From Candidatus Eiseniibacteriota bacterium (GTDB taxonomy: Bacteria > ARS69), in assembly GCA_052390515.1 (NCBI GenBank), contig JBQTGV010000153.1, positions 1 through 19,717 of the forward strand: a DNA stretch of 19,717 nucleotides, written 5' to 3'. The notes below the pieces were generated by a model. It worked only from the letters and a program-made list of their open reading frames with translations. It was not told the origin of the DNA and did not search any database. The position numbers and the translations under genes were made by a program. This document shows positions 17,093 through 19,717 of this stretch, one piece after another (the stretch's first letter is position 1; each line of letters starts with the position of its first letter).

Positions 17093-18140
17093 AGTGGTCC
17101 CAGCCCAGGTCGGGAAGCGGACGTTCGGTGCCGTCCTCGCCGACGAGCCGGAGACTCTCCGCGCCGCGCGTGATCTGCCCGATCGCGGTCACGTCCAGCC
17201 GCACCTTGGCGACGGCGTCGAGCAGCAGCTCCACATCCTTCGCCGCGATGGTGAAGAGCAGCTCGAAATCCTCGCCGCCGCCGAGGGCGAGCGACGTGTC
17301 CGGCAGTCCGGAGTTCCGCGCGATGCGCCGGGCGGCTCCGTCGACGGGAATGCGTGCCTCCTCGATCCGGCAACCCACCCCGCTCTCCGCGCACAGGCGC
17401 CGCAGATCCAGCGCGAGCCCGTCGCTCACGTCGATCATGGCCGTCGGGCGAACCGACTCGATCGTCTCGTGACTCAGCTGCGCGTCCACCGTGCGGCGCT
17501 CGAGCGTCGTCAGCACCTTCGCCACGTCGAAGCGTGGACGCGGCGAGCGGTGCGCCGCTTCGGCCACGACGCGCAGGCGCTCGGGCAGCGTCTCGTGGAC
17601 CTCGCCGGCGAGGAGCAGCCTCCCCGCCTCGCTCCGGCCGAGCTCGCCGCTGACCAGGATGGCATCCCCGGCCTTGGCGCCCGACCGAAGGACAGCGCGG
17701 CCGCGCGGAACCGTGCCGACGGCGGTGATGCCCAGCGCGAGCTCGCCCTTCACGGTGTCGCCGCCAGCGATCCCCACGCCGCACGCTCCGGCGATCCGCT
17801 CCATGCCCTGGTACACGCCGCGCACGAAGTCCACGGGGAGATCCGGCGGAGCGTGCAGATTCACGAACGCGGCGAGGCCGGTGGCGCCCATGGCGGCGAG
17901 GTCGGAGAGGGAACCGGCCATCGCGCGGTGACCGATCTCGTCGGGTGCGAGCAGTGCGCGGGAGAAGTGCACGCCCTCGACCCAGGCGTCGGTGGTGATC
18001 ACGATCTGGTGCGTCGCGCCGGGAACATCGAGGACCGCGGCGTCGTCACCCGGACCGACGGCGATTCCCGGGGAGGGTGCCGCGGTCCACTCGCGAAGGA
18101 GGTCCAGCAACCCGCCTTCGCCGAGGTCGGAAAGCTTCAT
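17058..18140 (-). CDS. thiL: Thiamine-monophosphate kinase
   Basis: LGEGGLL, GPGDDAA, TTD..VEGVHF, SLSDLAAMGA, AGGDT, RSGAKAGD, SGELG.S, AMIDVSDGL..DL, ALGGGEDFELLFT. Confidence 0.97.
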   Translation of the reverse strand: MKLSDLGEGGLLDLLREWTAAPSPGIAVGPGDDAAVLDVPGATHQIVITTDAWVEGVHFSRALLAPDEIGHRAMAGSLSDLAAMGATGLAAFVNLHAPPDLPVDFVRGVYQGMERIAGACGVGIAGGDTVKGELALGITAVGTVPRGRAVLRSGAKAGDAILVSGELGRSEAGRLLLAGEVHETLPERLRVVAEAAHRSPRPRFDVAKVLTTLERRTVDAQLSHETIESVRPTAMIDVSDGLALDLRRLCAESGVGCRIEEARIPVDGAARRIARNSGLPDTSLALGGGEDFELLFTIAAKDVELLLDAVAKVRLDVTAIGQITRGAESLRLVGEDGTERPLPDLGWDHFRAKPDSAKRE

Positions 18141-19717
18141 TCACCTTCTTCTTCCGGCTCGGCGCGCTCCGGGCGCGGCCGCGGAGGATCCTCCTCCAGC
18201 TCCCGCCACGCGTAGGGCAGACAGCGGATCATGTCCCCCGCGATCATGCCGCGCCGGCCGAGCTCCGCGCGGCAGATGTCTCCGGCGCGGGAGTGCACCA
18301 TGGTACCGACGCGGGCCGCCGCGGCCGCCTCGTAGCCCTGCGCGAAGAGCCCGGCGACGAGACCGGCGAGGACGTCGCCGGAACCGGCCGTGGCCATCCC
18401 GTCGTTCCCGAGAGAGCACAGGTCGATCGTCCCGTCGGGAGAGGCGACGACGGCCGGCGCGCTCTTGAAGATGATCTCGCAGCCGAAGCGCTCGGCGGCG
18501 GTGCGCGCAGCAACGACGCTGTCGGAGACTAGGTCCCGCGGCTTCTTGCCGAGCAGCCGCGCGAGTTCCCCGGGGTGCGGGGTCAGCACGGCCGGCAGCG
18601 CCGCGAGACGCGCGGCCGCCGGACCGGTGTAACCGGCCAGCGCGTTCAGACCGTCCGCGTCGAGCACCAGCGGCCGCTCGATCCGCGGCAGCACTTCGCG
18701 GACGAACGCCACCGCGGACTCGTGCAGGGACAGCCCGGGACCGAGCAGCACGGAATCCGCCTGATCGAGCTCGCGGCGCACCGCGGCGACCGACTCCGGA
18801 CCGAACGTGCCGGCGGCGGACTGCGGGACCGGGAACACCATCACCTCGGTCAGCTTCGCCGCGCACACACTCCAGACGCTTTCGGGAACGAAGAGCTTCA
18901 CCGAGCCGGCGCCCGAGCGCATCGCCGATTCCGCCGCGAGACAGGCGGCACCGGTGAGGCCCGGAGAACCGGCCAGCACGACGACCTGCCCGAACGTCCC
19001 CTTGTGTCCGCGAGGATCGCGCAGCGGCATCAGCTGCCGCATCTCGTCCCAGAGCAGGACTCCGGTGGAGACGTCCACGGACTCCTCCGGATACCCGAGA
19101 TCGACCACGGTGATGTCGCCGCAGTGATCCCGGCCCGGGAGAGAGTACATGCCGCGCTTGGGGAACCCGAACGTGATGGTCATGCCGGCGCGCACGCAGT
19201 CCGGGTCCACCGCGCCGGAGTCGGCGTTCATGCCGGTGGGCACGTCGAGGGCGAAGACCCGAGCGCCCGACCCGTTCAGCATCCGCGCGAGCTCGCGGAC
19301 GGGCTTGCGCAGCTTGCCCTTGGAGCCGGTGCCGAGGAGAGCGTCGACCGCGCACTTCGCGTCGGTGAGGTCCTCGGAGAGCTGCTCGTCGGAGGACCCG
19401 GGGCGATAGGGCCGGACGACGACTCCCGACTCCTCGGCCGCCACCAGATTGCGCAGCGTGTCCTTGGTCAGCTCGTCGCGCTCACCGATCATCCAGCAGG
19501 TGACGTGCGCTCCCCATTCCTTCAGGTAGCGTCCGGTGACGAAGCCGTCGCCGCCGTTGTTGCCGCGGCCGCACAGCACGACGACTTCCGCGCCGGTCTC
19601 CAACACGCTCTAGGCGATGATCTCGGCGCTGCCCGCGCCCGCGCGGTCCATGAGGTCGAGGCGGGGAACGCCGAATTCCTCGATGGCCCGCCGATCGATC
19701 TCGCGAATCTCCGAGAC
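18137..19717 (-). CDS. nnr: Bifunctional NAD(P)H-hydrate epimerase/dehydratase (NnrE-NnrD, YjeF); 5' end outside window; in-frame TAG at 19612-19610
   Basis: IREIDR.AIEE.G....LMDRAG (upstream of the TAG), CGRGNNGGDG, VDALLGTG, LDVPTG, HKGTFG, GAA.LAA..A.RSGAG, GPGL, LDADGLN, LTPHPGEL.RL, MATAGSGDVLAG. Confidence 0.95.

Overview
High-GC bacterial chromosomal housekeeping region, almost all on the minus strand. Read right to left: nnr (NnrE/NnrD, 5'-truncated by the window edge and interrupted by an in-frame TAG) - thiL - [CPBP/CAAX-family protease, + strand] - secreted beta-propeller-like protein - [rqcH/NFACT, + strand] - DinB-family protein - yicC - gmk - long rpoZ-like gene - coaBC - family-4 uracil-DNA glycosylase - dnaB - ispDF - GNAT - ddl - btpA - cysS - tandem sigma70-like promoters - tRNA-Thr(TGT), Tyr(GTA), Gly(TCC), Thr(GGT) - tuf (stop just outside the window). 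The gene order and omega type suggest an FCB-group-like lineage (inference only). I see no mobile elements, CRISPR arrays or defence islands, and I cannot support a clearly novel system. The most notable oddities are: the in-frame amber codon in nnr; a GNAT-ddl-btpA cassette between ispDF and cysS with a G8 tract at the GNAT/ddl junction; an antisense CPBP gene with almost no intergenic space; atypical tuf codon usage; and substitutions of normally conserved residues in CysRS, CoaC, RqcH and IspF.
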